From: Auanema rhodensis
Lineage: Eukaryota > Animalia > Nematoda
Reading direction: 5' to 3'
Length of the DNA stretch: 64,000 bases
NCBI GenBank assembly: GCA_964057225.1
Contig: OZ059899.1
Location: 10,602,001 to 10,666,000, forward strand
Shown: in pieces, positions 29,047 through 41,677 of the stretch
Layout: each line of letters starts with the position of its first letter
Position numbering within the stretch: the stretch's first letter is position 1
Notes under the pieces: model-generated
Told to the model about the DNA's origin: nothing
Database searches by the model: none
The model's input: only the letters and a program-made list of their open reading frames with translations
Position numbers and translations under genes: made by a program

Positions 29047-30816
29047 TAAATTTTTTTCATTTCACTTGTCATTCACAAAAATCAAATTTATCTTCTTCAA
29101 CGATTATTTTTGCAATGTTTCATAAAAATTTCACAGTTGAACAAAACGTTTTTTAAGAATTTTTTTTGTTGTCAACATATATATTTTCCTGGAATTCGAA
29201 AGCATTTGGGATGGAAATTAGAAAGAAAAGAACTAGTTTTTCCTATTTTAAAACAAACAAAAAAAAATAAAATGAAAAAGATTGTTAGATATCCAATTTA
29301 AACTTATACATTTACTTCGATAAAGAGCCTATTAGTTTGAAATTTTATGTCTTACAGTTCTCCAACAGAACAGACTGATCCTGATTTCTCTATGATTACA
29401 TAAAACTCTCGTTTGATATAAAAAAAGAAGAGGAATAACGTTTCCAGGATGTCAATGATATCGAATCTAGTGATATTGTAGAAAAATGTAATGTCAGCTC
29501 CATAGGTTTTCTCTTAATTTCTCTCATCACAATTGTCTTAGTTTTTTTTCTCATAAGAGTTTTCGAAATCTTAGGTGAACAAGGCCGTATATATTTTTTT
29601 CTGGAATTCGAAAGCATTTGGGATGGAAATTAGAAAGAAAAAAACTAGTTTTTCCTACTTTAAAACAAACAATAAGAAATAAAATGAAAAAGATTGTTAG
29701 ATATCCAATTTAAACTTATACATTTACTTCGATAAAGAGCCTATTAGTTTGAAATTTTATGTCTTACAGTTCTCCAACAGAACAGACTGATCCTGATTTC
29801 TCTATGATTACATAAAACTCTCGTTTGATATAAAAAAAGAAGAGGAATAACGTTTCCAGGATGTCAATGATATCGAATCTAGTGATATCGTAGAAAAATG
29901 TAATGTCAGCTCCATAGGTTTTCTCTTAATTTCTCTCATCACAATTGTCTTAGTTTTTTTTCTCATAAGAGTTTCTGAAATCTTACGTGAACAAGGCCGT
30001 ATATATTTTTTTCTGGAATTCGAAAGCATTTGGGATGGAAATTAGAAAGAAAAGAACTAGTTTTTCCTACTTTAAAACAAACAATAAGAAATAAAATAAA
30101 AAAGATTGTTAGATATCCAATTTAAACTTATACATTTACTTCGATAAAGAGCCTATTAGTTTGAAATTTTATGTCTTACAGTTCTCCAACAGAACAGACT
30201 GATCCTGATTTCTCTATGATCACATAAAACTCTCGTTTGATATGAAAAAAGAAGAGGAATAACGTTTCCAGGATGTCAATGATATCGAATCTAGTGATAT
30301 TGTAGAAAAATGTAATGTCAGCTCCATAGGTTTTCTCTCAATTTCTCTCATCACAATTGTCTTAGTTTTTTTTCTCATAAGAGTTTCTGAAATCTTAGGT
30401 GAACAAGGCCGTATATATTTTTTTCTGGAATTCGAAAGCATTTGGGATGGAAATTAGAAGGAAAAGAACTAGTTTTTCCTACTTTAAAACAAACAATAAG
30501 AAATAAAATAAAAAAGATTGTTAGATATCCAATTTAAACTTATACATTTACTTTGATAAAGAGCCTATTAGTTTGAAATTTTATGTCTTACAGTTCTCTA
30601 ACAGAACAGACTGATTCTGATTTCTCTATGATTACATAAAATTCTCGTTTGATATACACAAAGGAGAGGAATAACGTTTCCAGGATATCAATGATATCGA
30701 ATCTAGTGATATTGTAGAAAAATGTAATGTCAGCTCCATAGTTTTTCTCTTAATTTCTCTCATCACAATAGTCTTATTTTTTTTTCATAAGAGTTTCTGA
30801 AATCTTAGTTGAACAA

Positions 30817-30889
30817 GGCCGCGTGGCGCAATGGATAACGCGTCTGCCTACGGAGCAGAAGATTGTAGGGTCGAATCCTGCCGTGGTCG
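30817..30889 (+). tRNA. trnR-ACG: tRNA-Arg(ACG), B-box mutant (T54G)
   Basis: Same allele as 19978. Confidence 0.8.
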
Positions 30890-32247
30890 TAAATTTTTTT
30901 CATTTCACTTGTCATTCACAAAAATCAAATTTATCTTCTTCAACGATTATTTTTGCAATGTTTCATAAAAATTTCACAGTTGAACAAAACGTTTTTTAAG
31001 AATTTTTTTTGTTGTCAACATATATATTTTCCTGGAATTCGAAAGCATTTGGGATGGAAATTAGAAAGAAAAGAACTAGTTTTTCCTATTTTAAAACAAA
31101 CAAAAAAAAATAAAATGAAAAAGATTGTTAGATATCCAATTTAAACTTATACATTTACTTCGATAAAGAGCCTATTAGTTTGAAATTTTATGTCTTACAG
31201 TTCTCCAACAGAACAGACTGATCCTGATTTCTCTATGATTACATAAAACTCTCGTTTGATATAAAAAAAGAAGAGGAATAACGTTTCCAGGATGTCAATG
31301 ATATCGAATCTAGTGATATTGTAGAAAAATGTAATGTCAGCTCCATAGGTTTTCTCTTAATTTCTCTCATCACAATTGTCTTAGTTTTTTTTCTCATAAG
31401 AGTTTTCGAAATCTTAGGTGAACAAGGCCGTATATATTTTTTTCTGGAATTCGAAAGCATTTGGGATGGAAATTAGAAAGAAAAGAACTAGTTTTTCCTA
31501 CTTTAAAACAAACAATAAGAAATAAAATAAAAAAGATTGTTAGATATTCAATTTAAACTTATACATTTACTTCGATAAAGAGCCTATTAGTTTGAAATTT
31601 TATGTCTTACAGTTCTCCAACAGAACAGACTGATCCTGATTTCTCTATGATTACATAAAACTCTCGTTTGATATAAAAAAAGAAGAGGAATAACGTTTCC
31701 AGGATGTCAATGATATCGAATCTAGTGATATTGTAGAAAAATGTAATGTCAGCTCCATAGGTTTTCTCTTAATTTCTCTCATCACAATTGTCTTAGTTTT
31801 TTTTCTCATAAGAGTTTCTGAAATCTTAGGTGAACAAGGCCGTATATATTTTTTTCTGGAATTCGAAAGCATTTGGGATGGATATTAGAAGAAAAAGAAC
31901 TAGTTTTTCCTACTTTAAAACAAACAATAAGAAATAAAATAAAAAAGATTGTTAGATATCCAATTTAAACTTATACATTTACTTCGATAAAGAGCCTATT
32001 AGTTTGAAATTTCATGTCTTACAGTTCTCCAACAGAACAGACTGATCCTGATTTCTCTATGATTACATAAAACTCTCGTTTGATATACAAAAAGGAGAGG
32101 AATAACGTTTCCAGGATATCAATGATATCGAATCTAGTGATATTGTAGAAAAATGTAATGTCAGCTCCATAGTTTTTCTCTTAATTTCTCTCATCACAAT
32201 AGTCTTAGTTTTTTCTCATAAGAGTTTCTGAAATCTTAGTTGAACAA

Positions 32248-32320
32248 GGCCGCGTGGCGCAATGGATAACGCGTCTGCCTACGGAGCAGAAGATTGTAGG
32301 TTCGAATCCTGTCGTGGTCG
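32248..32320 (+). tRNA. trnR-ACG: tRNA-Arg(ACG), T-stem variant (CCTGT)
   Basis: Same allele as 18547. Confidence 0.9.
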
Positions 32321-34912
32321 TAAATTTTTTTCATTTCACTTGTCATTTACAAAAATCAAATTTATCTTCTTCAACGATTATTTTTGCAATGTGTCATAAA
32401 AATTTCACAGTTGAACGAAACGTTTTTTAAGAATTTTTTTTGTTGTCAACATATATATTTTCCTGGAATTCGAAAGCATTTGGGATGGAAATTAGAAAGA
32501 AAAGAACTAGTTTTTCCTACTTTAAAACAAACAATAAGAAATAAAATGAAAAAGATTGTTAGAAATCTAATTTAAACTTATACATTTACTTTAATAAAGA
32601 GCCTATTAGATTGAAATTTTATGTCTTACAGTTCTCCAACAGAACAGACTGATCCTGATTTCTCTATAATCACATAAAACTCTCGTTTGATATAAAAAAA
32701 GAAGAGGAATAACGTTTCCAGGATGTCAATGATATCGAATCTAGTGATATTGTAGAAAAATATAATGTCAGCTCCATAGGTTTTCTTTTAATTTCTCTCA
32801 TCACAATTGTCTTAGTTTTTTTTCTCATAAGAGTTTCTGAAATCTTAGGTGTACAAGGCCGTATATATTTTCCTGGAATTCGAAAGCATTTGGGATGGAA
32901 ATTAGAAAGAAAAGAACTAGTTTTTCCTACTTTAAAACAAATAATAAGAAATAAAATGAAAAAGATTGTTAGATATCTAATTTAAACTTATACATTTACT
33001 TCGATAAAAAGCCTATTAGATTGAAATTTTATGTCTTACAGTTCTCCAACAGAACAGACTGATCCTGATTTCTCTATGCTTACATAAAACTCTCGTTTGA
33101 TATAAAAAAAGAAGAGGAATAACGTTTCCAGGATGTCAATGATATCGAATCTAGTGATATTGTAGAAAAATGTAATGTCAGCTCCATAGGTTTTCTCTTA
33201 ATTTCTCTCATCACAATTGTCTTAGTTTTTTTTCTCATAAGAGTTTCTGAAATCTTAGGTGAACAAGGCCGTATATATTTTTTTCTGGAATTCGAAAGCA
33301 TTTGGGATGGAAATTATAAAGAAAAGAACGAGTTTTTCCTATTTTAAAACAAACAAAAAAAAATAAAATGAAAAAGATTGTTAGATATCCAATTTAAACT
33401 TATACATTTACTTTGATAAAGAGCCTATTAGTTTGAAATTTTATGTCTTACAGTTCTCCAACAGAACAGACTGATCCTGATTTCTCTATGATTACATAAA
33501 ACTCTCGTTTGATATAAAAAAAGAAGAGGAATAACGTTTCCAGGATGTCAATGATATCGAATCTAGTGATATTGTAGAAAAATGTAATGTCAGCTCCATA
33601 GGTTTTCTCTTAATTTCTCTCATCACAATTGTCTTAGTTTTTTTTCTCATAAGAGTTTTCGAAATCTTAGGTGAACAAGGCCGTATATATTTTTTTCTGG
33701 AATTCGAAAGCATTTGGGATGGAAATTAGAAAGAAAAAAACTAGTTTTTCCTACTTTAAAACAAACAATAAGAAATAAAATGAAAAAGATTGTTAGATAT
33801 CCAATTTAAACTTATACATTTACTTCGATAAAGAGCCTATTAGTTTGAAATTTTATGTCTTACAGTTCTCCAACAGAACAGACTGATCCTGATTTCTCTA
33901 TGATTACATAAAACTCTCGTTTGATATAAAAAAAGAAGAGGAATAACGTTTCCAGGATGTCAATGATATCGAATCTAGTGATATCGTAGAAAAATGTAAT
34001 GTCAGCTCCATAGGTTTTCTCTTAATTTCTCTCATCACAATTGTCTTAGTTTTTTTTCTCATAAGAGTTTCTGAAATCTTACGTGAACAAGGCCGTATAT
34101 ATTTTTTTCTGGAATTCGAAAGCATTTGGGATGGAAATTAGAAAGAAAAGAACTAGTTTTTCCTACTTTAAAACAAACAATAAGAAATAAAATAAAAAAG
34201 ATTGTTAGATATCCAATTTAAACTTATACATTTACTTCGATAAAGAGCCTATTAGTTTGAAATTTTATGTCTTACAGTTCTCCAACAGAACAGACTGATC
34301 CTGATTTCTCTATGATCACATAAAACTCTCGTTTGATATGAAAAAAGAAGAGGAATAACGTTTCCAGGATGTCAATGATATCGAATCTAGTGATATTGTA
34401 GAAAAATGTAATGTCAGCTCCATAGGTTTTCTCTCAATTTCTCTCATCACAATTGTCTTAGTTTTTTTTCTCATAAGAGTTTCTGAAATCTTAGGTGAAC
34501 AAGGCCGTATATATTTTTTTCTGGAATTCGAAAGCATTTGGGATGGAAATTAGAAGGAAAAGAACTAGTTTTTCCTACTTTAAAACAAACAATAAGAAAT
34601 AAAATAAAAAAGATTGTTAGATATCCAATTTAAACTTATACATTTACTTTGATAAAGAGCCTATTAGTTTGAAATTTTATGTCTTACAGTTCTCTAACAG
34701 AACAGACTGATTCTGATTTCTCTATGATTACATAAAATTCTCGTTTGATATACACAAAGGAGAGGAATAACGTTTCCAGGATATCAATGATATCGAATCT
34801 AGTGATATTGTAGAAAAATGTAATGTCAGCTCCATAGTTTTTCTCTTAATTTCTCTCATCACAATAGTCTTATTTTTTTTTCATAAGAGTTTCTGAAATC
34901 TTAGTTGAACAA

Positions 34913-34985
34913 GGCCGCGTGGCGCAATGGATAACGCGTCTGCCTACGGAGCAGAAGATTGTAGGGTCGAATCCTGCCGTGGTCG
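34913..34985 (+). tRNA. trnR-ACG: tRNA-Arg(ACG), B-box mutant (T54G)
   Basis: Same allele as 19978. Confidence 0.8.
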
Positions 34986-36343
34986 TAAATTTTTTTCATT
35001 TCACTTGTCATTCACAAAAATCAAATTTATCTTCTTCAACGATTATTTTTGCAATGTTTCATAAAAATTTCACAGTTGAACAAAACGTTTTTTAAGAATT
35101 TTTTTTGTTGTCAACATATATATTTTCCTGGAATTCGAAAGCATTTGGGATGGAAATTAGAAAGAAAAGAACTAGTTTTTCCTATTTTAAAACAAACAAA
35201 AAAAAATAAAATGAAAAAGATTGTTAGATATCCAATTTAAACTTATACATTTACTTCGATAAAGAGCCTATTAGTTTGAAATTTTATGTCTTACAGTTCT
35301 CCAACAGAACAGACTGATCCTGATTTCTCTATGATTACATAAAACTCTCGTTTGATATAAAAAAAGAAGAGGAATAACGTTTCCAGGATGTCAATGATAT
35401 CGAATCTAGTGATATTGTAGAAAAATGTAATGTCAGCTCCATAGGTTTTCTCTTAATTTCTCTCATCACAATTGTCTTAGTTTTTTTTCTCATAAGAGTT
35501 TTCGAAATCTTAGGTGAACAAGGCCGTATATATTTTTTTCTGGAATTCGAAAGCATTTGGGATGGAAATTAGAAAGAAAAGAACTAGTTTTTCCTACTTT
35601 AAAACAAACAATAAGAAATAAAATAAAAAAGATTGTTAGATATTCAATTTAAACTTATACATTTACTTCGATAAAGAGCCTATTAGTTTGAAATTTTATG
35701 TCTTACAGTTCTCCAACAGAACAGACTGATCCTGATTTCTCTATGATTACATAAAACTCTCGTTTGATATAAAAAAAGAAGAGGAATAACGTTTCCAGGA
35801 TGTCAATGATATCGAATCTAGTGATATTGTAGAAAAATGTAATGTCAGCTCCATAGGTTTTCTCTTAATTTCTCTCATCACAATTGTCTTAGTTTTTTTT
35901 CTCATAAGAGTTTCTGAAATCTTAGGTGAACAAGGCCGTATATATTTTTTTCTGGAATTCGAAAGCATTTGGGATGGATATTAGAAGAAAAAGAACTAGT
36001 TTTTCCTACTTTAAAACAAACAATAAGAAATAAAATAAAAAAGATTGTTAGATATCCAATTTAAACTTATACATTTACTTCGATAAAGAGCCTATTAGTT
36101 TGAAATTTCATGTCTTACAGTTCTCCAACAGAACAGACTGATCCTGATTTCTCTATGATTACATAAAACTCTCGTTTGATATACAAAAAGGAGAGGAATA
36201 ACGTTTCCAGGATATCAATGATATCGAATCTAGTGATATTGTAGAAAAATGTAATGTCAGCTCCATAGTTTTTCTCTTAATTTCTCTCATCACAATAGTC
36301 TTAGTTTTTTCTCATAAGAGTTTCTGAAATCTTAGTTGAACAA

Positions 36344-36416
36344 GGCCGCGTGGCGCAATGGATAACGCGTCTGCCTACGGAGCAGAAGATTGTAGGTTCG
36401 AATCCTGTCGTGGTCG
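36344..36416 (+). tRNA. trnR-ACG: tRNA-Arg(ACG), T-stem variant (CCTGT)
   Basis: Same allele as 18547. Confidence 0.9.
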
Positions 36417-37362
36417 TAAATTTTTTTCATTTCACTTGTCATTTACAAAAATCAAATTTATCTTCTTCAACGATTATTTTTGCAATGTGTCATAAAAATT
36501 TCACAGTTGAACGAAACGTTTTTTAAGAATTTTTTTTGTTGTCAACATATATATTTTCCTGGAATTCGAAAGCATTTGGGATGGAAATTAGAAAGAAAAG
36601 AACTAGTTTTTCCTACTTTAAAACAAACAATAAGAAATAAAATGAAAAAGATTGTTAGAAATCTAATTTAAACTTATACATTTACTTTAATAAAGAGCCT
36701 ATTAGATTGAAATTTTATGTCTTACAGTTCTCCAACAGAACAGACTGATCCTGATTTCTCTATAATCACATAAAACTCTCGTTTGATATAAAAAAAGAAG
36801 AGGAATAACGTTTCCAGGATGTCAATGATATCGAATCTAGTGATATTGTAGAAAAATATAATGTCAGCTCCATAGGTTTTCTTTTAATTTCTCTCATCAC
36901 AATTGTCTTAGTTTTTTTTCTCATAAGAGTTTCTGAAATCTTAGGTGTACAAGGCCGTATATATTTTCCTGGAATTCGAAAGCATTTGGGATGGAAATTA
37001 GAAAGAAAAGAACTAGTTTTTCCTACTTTAAAACAAATAATAAGAAATAAAATGAAAAAGATTGTTAGATATCTAATTTAAACTTATACATTTACTTCGA
37101 TAAAAAGCCTATTAGATTGAAATTTTATGTCTTACAGTTCTCCAACAGAACAGACTGATCCTGATTTCTCTATGCTTACATAAAACTCTCGTTTGATATA
37201 AAAAAAGAAGAGGAATAACGTTTCCAGGATGTCAATGATATCGAATCTAGTGATATTGTAGAAAAATGTAATGTCAGCTCCATAGGTTTTCTATTAATTT
37301 CTCTCATCACAATTGTCTTAGTTTTTTTTCTCATAAGAGTTTCTGAAATCTTAGTTGAACAA

Positions 37363-37435
37363 GGCCGCGTGGCGCAATGGATAACGCGTCTGCCTACGGA
37401 GCAGAAGATTGTAGGTTCGAATCCTACCGTGTTCG
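37363..37435 (+). tRNA. trnR-ACG: tRNA-Arg(ACG), edge allele (fully Watson-Crick T-stem CCTAC; C3-U70 acceptor mismatch)
   Basis: 3' half reads GTAGGTTCGAATCCTACCGTGTTCG. Confidence 0.8.
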
Positions 37436-37810
37436 TAAATTTTTTCATTTCACTTGTCATTCACAAAAATCTAATTTATCTTCTTCAACGATTATTTTTG
37501 CACTGTGTTATAAGAATTTCACAGTTGAACAGAACGTTTTTTAAGAAGTTTTTTTGTTGTCAACATATATATTTTCCTGGAATTCGAAAGCATTTGGGAT
37601 GGAAATTAGAAAGAAAAGAACTAGTTTTTCCTACTTTAAAACAAACAATAAAAACTAAAATGAAAAAGATTGTTAGATATCCAATTTAAACTTATACATT
37701 TACTTTGATAAAGAGCCTATTAGATTGAAATTTTATGTCTTACAGTTCTCCAACAGAACAGACTGATCCTGATTTCTCTATAATTACATAAAACTCTCGT
37801 TTGATATACA

Positions 37811-38951
37811 TAGCTAGTGTCCTTAGTATCCATGCTGTAATTGATTCTCCTATGTATCCAAAGAAATTTGTGATTTGTTTCTCCGCGTTGTTTGATATGT
37901 TATCTGCTATCATTAATGTCGTTCCAACTGTTCCTCCTATAATTCCTATTGGATTCAGATTGGATAGTCCAGAATGTTTGAAGACTGGTTTCAATTTTCC
38001 TGGCATAGTTGCTTGTAAAGATGCTAGGCTGGAGCCGTAGGAAATAGCCAGTGCCATTGGAAATGTTGACTCCGTGAGGTTTGAAAATATGTTGGAATTG
38101 TTAAACTTAATGTGATCAATTTTTACAGATGTGAGTTCATCCGAAAATGAGAAGTTAGTCACATTCAATGTTGAATTATCTTTCATCCATTGATTGTTTC
38201 TCTGTAGGGATCTGATGTAGCCATATCGCATGCTATGATGTGGGCATATGGTGTTAAATCTCTTGATCCTGGTATGATGAAGAGTTTTCCGTGATGTTCC
38301 GTGTCTACCGGTGTCTCCAGGTAACATTTATCGTCTCGTTTGTGATCCGAGTATACACGTGTTACTTGTGCAGGGGTGCATGGCATGACGTAAATAAGAT
38401 GTTCTCCAACAAACTTTGCTGAAATATCCTGTCGACGAAGCATAGTGCGAATTCCTATAGTCGGATTAATCTGCAGGATAGCCCACCAGGTAAGTAGCTG
38501 CTTATTTTGCATTCTGCATACGCTTTTTTTTGTTATTTGGAAAGATTGTAAGATTTCCTCCTCTAGTTTTGACGTAGAGTATTGGAGGTGGGACCTTGTA
38601 TCTTGTTGGCGTAGTTGATCGTCGTATTTTTGAATGATATCTGCTCGTGTTCGTAGGAAATTGAGGTGTGCTTGTGATCCAGTGTGAGATTTGATTTCCT
38701 CAATCGGTTGGGTCGTTGTTGCTCGCTTTGTAGTAGTCCGAGTTGTTGGAAGTGTCCTAGTAGATTCCCTGCGGGATGTGGTGGTGAGAGGACGTGGTGG
38801 TGGAGTTACTGGAGTTGTTGTACTCTGGTAATAATAATATCTCCTTGGTGTAGTTGTAGGTTGAGGTGGAGACGTCCGATGAGTAGTAGTTGTCGGGGCA
38901 GTTGTTGTGGTAGTCGATGTAGTGGTTGTGGTGGTTGTAGTAGGGGTGGTT
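37811..38951 (-). pseudogene. env: env-like glycoprotein, C-terminal part (copy B): Thr-rich linker plus gB-like domain III/IV, truncated just before the TM
   Basis: Contains SHLQYSTSKLEEEILQSFQITKKSVCRMQNKQLLTWWAILQINPTIGIRTMLRRQDISAKFVGEHLIYVMPC. There is a 1-nt deletion near 38197 relative to copy A, and it ends at WILRTLA fused to satellite. Confidence 0.8.
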
Positions 38952-40568
38952 GTGAAAACGGACGCTGGGGCTTCTTGTGCGATCTCTGTGCCTGTTATGT
39001 GGTCCATATGAAGTGCTGCGATTTCGTTGTTGAAATCCGCGATCAGGACAGTTTCCGCAGTTGTATCGGTCGTTTCCTCTGTGCTCCTGTCGATCATTCC
39101 TTTTGCTATCATATCGATCGTTTCCTCTGCTGTTGTATCGATCATTGTATCTATCGTACCGTTGGGGGCTACGATAATTGTTGTATCCTCGTTGATATCC
39201 ATTGTTTCTGTTATCCTGTCTGAAGTTGTGACGGTTATTTTGTCGATCCTCTTGGTATCTTGGTGAGCGGTATCCTCCTCTTCTTTGATTCCATTGCTCT
39301 TGTGGGTGTTGTGGTCTTGATTGATTTCCATAGAATGTTCTGGATTGGTGTGTTTGTGGTCCGTCATAGATTTTCTCCTGTTGTGATGCTCTCATGTGGT
39401 TTATGAGACCGTTTTTAATCTCTAGTTGTTCCACGTCTTTAATCAAGTTGTTGACCAAGAGCGAAGGATCCTCGTCAGCTTCCACAGTTTCGGCAATAGT
39501 CACGGCTGCATCAAATGTGATAGGGCTGCGGTTATTGACATGTGTTCTTAAATTCTTTCGTAGTCCTCCTAAGAATGAAACTCGTAGTATTTTTTCATCG
39601 GCTGTCGAGTCCATGTTGCATGATTCGTAGGCAAGGTTTCTGCAGCGTTGAGCGAAATTTTGTACTGTTTCGTGCTCTCCTTGTTTCAAATGAGTGAGTT
39701 TTGTGAATGCTGCATCTCTCTTTTCTGGAGGTTGTAATTTCTCCGATAGTATGCGTTTGACATGGTTCCATCCCTGGCGTAAGTCTTCTGCTGGTATAGT
39801 TCGAAGAGCTTCAGCGGCTCTATCCGTTCCGAGAAGTAGATAGAGATGGGAAAGCCTCTCGGCAATAGGGACTTGAAGGGCATCGAAATATCCTTCTAGT
39901 CTTTGCATGTAGAGGTTGAATGGAACCGATCCATCATAAAGCGTAGGTTTGTGATGGCGAATAGAAACGTTGTGGGCTCTTGCAATAGGAGAGTTGTCTT
40001 GCTCCATCTGCTCTGCCATTTGAGGGCGACTTCTCTGCTCTGTAACATTCGAAGTCAAATTTACGTTATTGTCTGACGAAGAAGAGACAGGAGACAGAGA
40101 GTGCCCGTGCAAAGATTGATCAGTGGAAGAGGGAGAGTTTCTAGGAATAGGAGAGGTGAGGATTTCCGCATTTGCGGTTTGAACAAGGCGTTGAGGAGAA
40201 GTGTGATTTGGAGGACAAGTGTTAGTGCCGGTATTAACAACTGTTTTTGGAGAGTGAGAAGAGCGTTTGGGCGTAGATTTACTGGATGATGTTTTATTCT
40301 TATTCAAGCTAATTGCATGCCTAGTAGTTTTAATAGCAGTAGTATAAAGTTTCTTAGCAGTTAGCGGTGTACCCGGAATAGGGGGTAATTTCTTTGATTT
40401 CGCGTTCGTTTTCGGATATTTCGCATCTGGTCGGAATGCATCCGGTGGTCCTCTTTTTCTTTGGTTTCTATGCAGTGTTGCTTCCACTGTCTGAGTTTTC
40501 TCTGCGCTATTCGTAGCATTTTGGGCAATATTTCCCGGCGGAGGATTTTGATTCGCTGCGTCAGCCAT
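38952..40568 (-). CDS. gag: Gag (copy B, with native ATG); capsid domain plus R/N/D/Y-rich tail, fused out of frame to env by a deletion
   Basis: KPTLYDGSVPFNLYMQRLEGYF…LTHLKQGEHETVQNFAQRCRNLA…FLGGLRKNLR…PITFDAAVTIAETVE is a retrotransposon Gag capsid pattern. No CCHC knuckle seen. Confidence 0.88.
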
Positions 40569-41677
40569 CTTTGTTGGTTTCCTGGAAGGAAATTATTAAC
40601 CAACGAAGACTGAGCTTATATTATACAAAACGTAAGAGACAATATGGGGTTGGTATGCGCGACTCCTGTTCCTGTCAGGGGGCCAGCCTGCAGCGGGTCT
40701 CTAGTCGGAGAATAGCCTGGTCAGGTTCATACACGAGTCCGCAACTACGTGTGACCTTTAGCAAAGGACCAAGTTCTTATCTCTCGAAGAGGCATGAGAT
40801 ATGAGACAGTGGTCTGTGTATTGCTCCTTTTCAGTCATGGACAAGATCAGGTACACAGGCTTCTCATACTCACTTTTCCAGACTTCTCTTACCTAAGCAA
40901 ACCCCCAAAAGACGTTCCCTTTTAACGTTACTTCTGTTCCCCTGGGTCTTGCTAGGTGGGACCACTCAACTTCAAAATATTCTTTAATTCTCATATGGGA
41001 CCAAAAAGGGTTAATTTCAGATGATTGCGCGTCTTATATCAAAAAGTGTACGCCTCCGCGCGATGTCCCGAGAATGTCTGGTATTGTTTCTTACGGGGCT
41101 TTCTCATAAAAATGCGTTAGATATCAAGAATAGTGGTTTTGTTTATGAATCAATGTTTTCAGAATGATTTATGAATAGGTATTTTCAAAATTAGCTTGTG
41201 ATAAGATGTTTTCAAGATGATTTATGGGTAAGTGTTGCGATATGAATAAATGTCTTTAAGATATTTCATGAATTGATAGTTTTTTAATATTATTCGTGGT
41301 TAAATATTTTGATATGCTTGTTCCAAAAAGAGTTTTCATGCATTATATGCTTTTAACATACAGGAAAGTAGAGGAATAAAGTAGGAATATAGATTGTAAT
41401 AGATAATATGTATAAGACATTTTTTTCAAATAGATATATCAGAAATGATGTTAGAAAAATAATATTTAGAGATAAATTCGAATTACTAGATTAAATTGAA
41501 GTTTTTTTTTAGATACAAAATTGACTTGAAAGTTTGAAATATAAAATTAAATTAGAATTTTGGATATGAAATCAAGATGAATTTTTAGAGTAGAAATAGA
41601 TTTCAAAGAAAGAGAAAGTAATTTAAAGGTAAGAAAAGTAGCGGCAATGGTCCATAGAGATTCGTCCCTTATAGACG

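Larger units (their letters stand above)
1..37810. repeat. Tandem satellite array: ~412-bp monomers interspersed with ~607-bp tRNA-bearing units (~85 units; runs off the left window edge)
   Basis: The same unit (…ttacagttctccaacagaacagactgatcc…gaacaaggccgtatatatttttttctggaattcg…) recurs every 411-413 bp and the ORF track repeats with that period. The array stops abruptly at …ctcgtttgatataca|tagctagtg (37810/37811). Confidence 0.99.

Noticed and set aside
271-35968. Dozens of 71-94 aa minus-strand ORFs (MLSNSRKKYIRPCSPK…) as a tandem gene family
   Set aside because: They are a by-product of the satellite: they cross the tRNA-deletion junction, are freely broken by homopolymer indels, and have variable C-termini.
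20114-37689. 63-aa plus-strand ORFs (MQCFIK…) and the ORFs at 37176-37460 and 37369-37689
   Set aside because: These are tRNA 3'-flank or tRNA sense/antisense translations (VGFEPTIFCSVGRRVIHCATRP is the tRNA read backwards), with no coding evidence.
1-37810. CRISPR-like repeat/spacer array
   Set aside because: Whole units repeat with no unique spacers, there are no cas genes, and the context is eukaryotic.
37363-37830. tRNA-targeted (Ty3-like) integration, or priming by the neighbouring tRNA-Arg
   Set aside because: The junction is mid-env rather than an LTR end, and the PBS matches tRNA-Gln, not tRNA-Arg.
37986-38052. 67-bp segment missing from copy A as a spliced-out intron
   Set aside because: The ends on the coding strand are not GT…AG, and removal breaks the frame.
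38183-39367. Overlapping 394-aa ORF as evidence of a programmed gag/env frameshift
   Set aside because: Its 5' part is an alternative frame of low-complexity gag, and the frame change coincides with a deletion evident from comparison with copy A.
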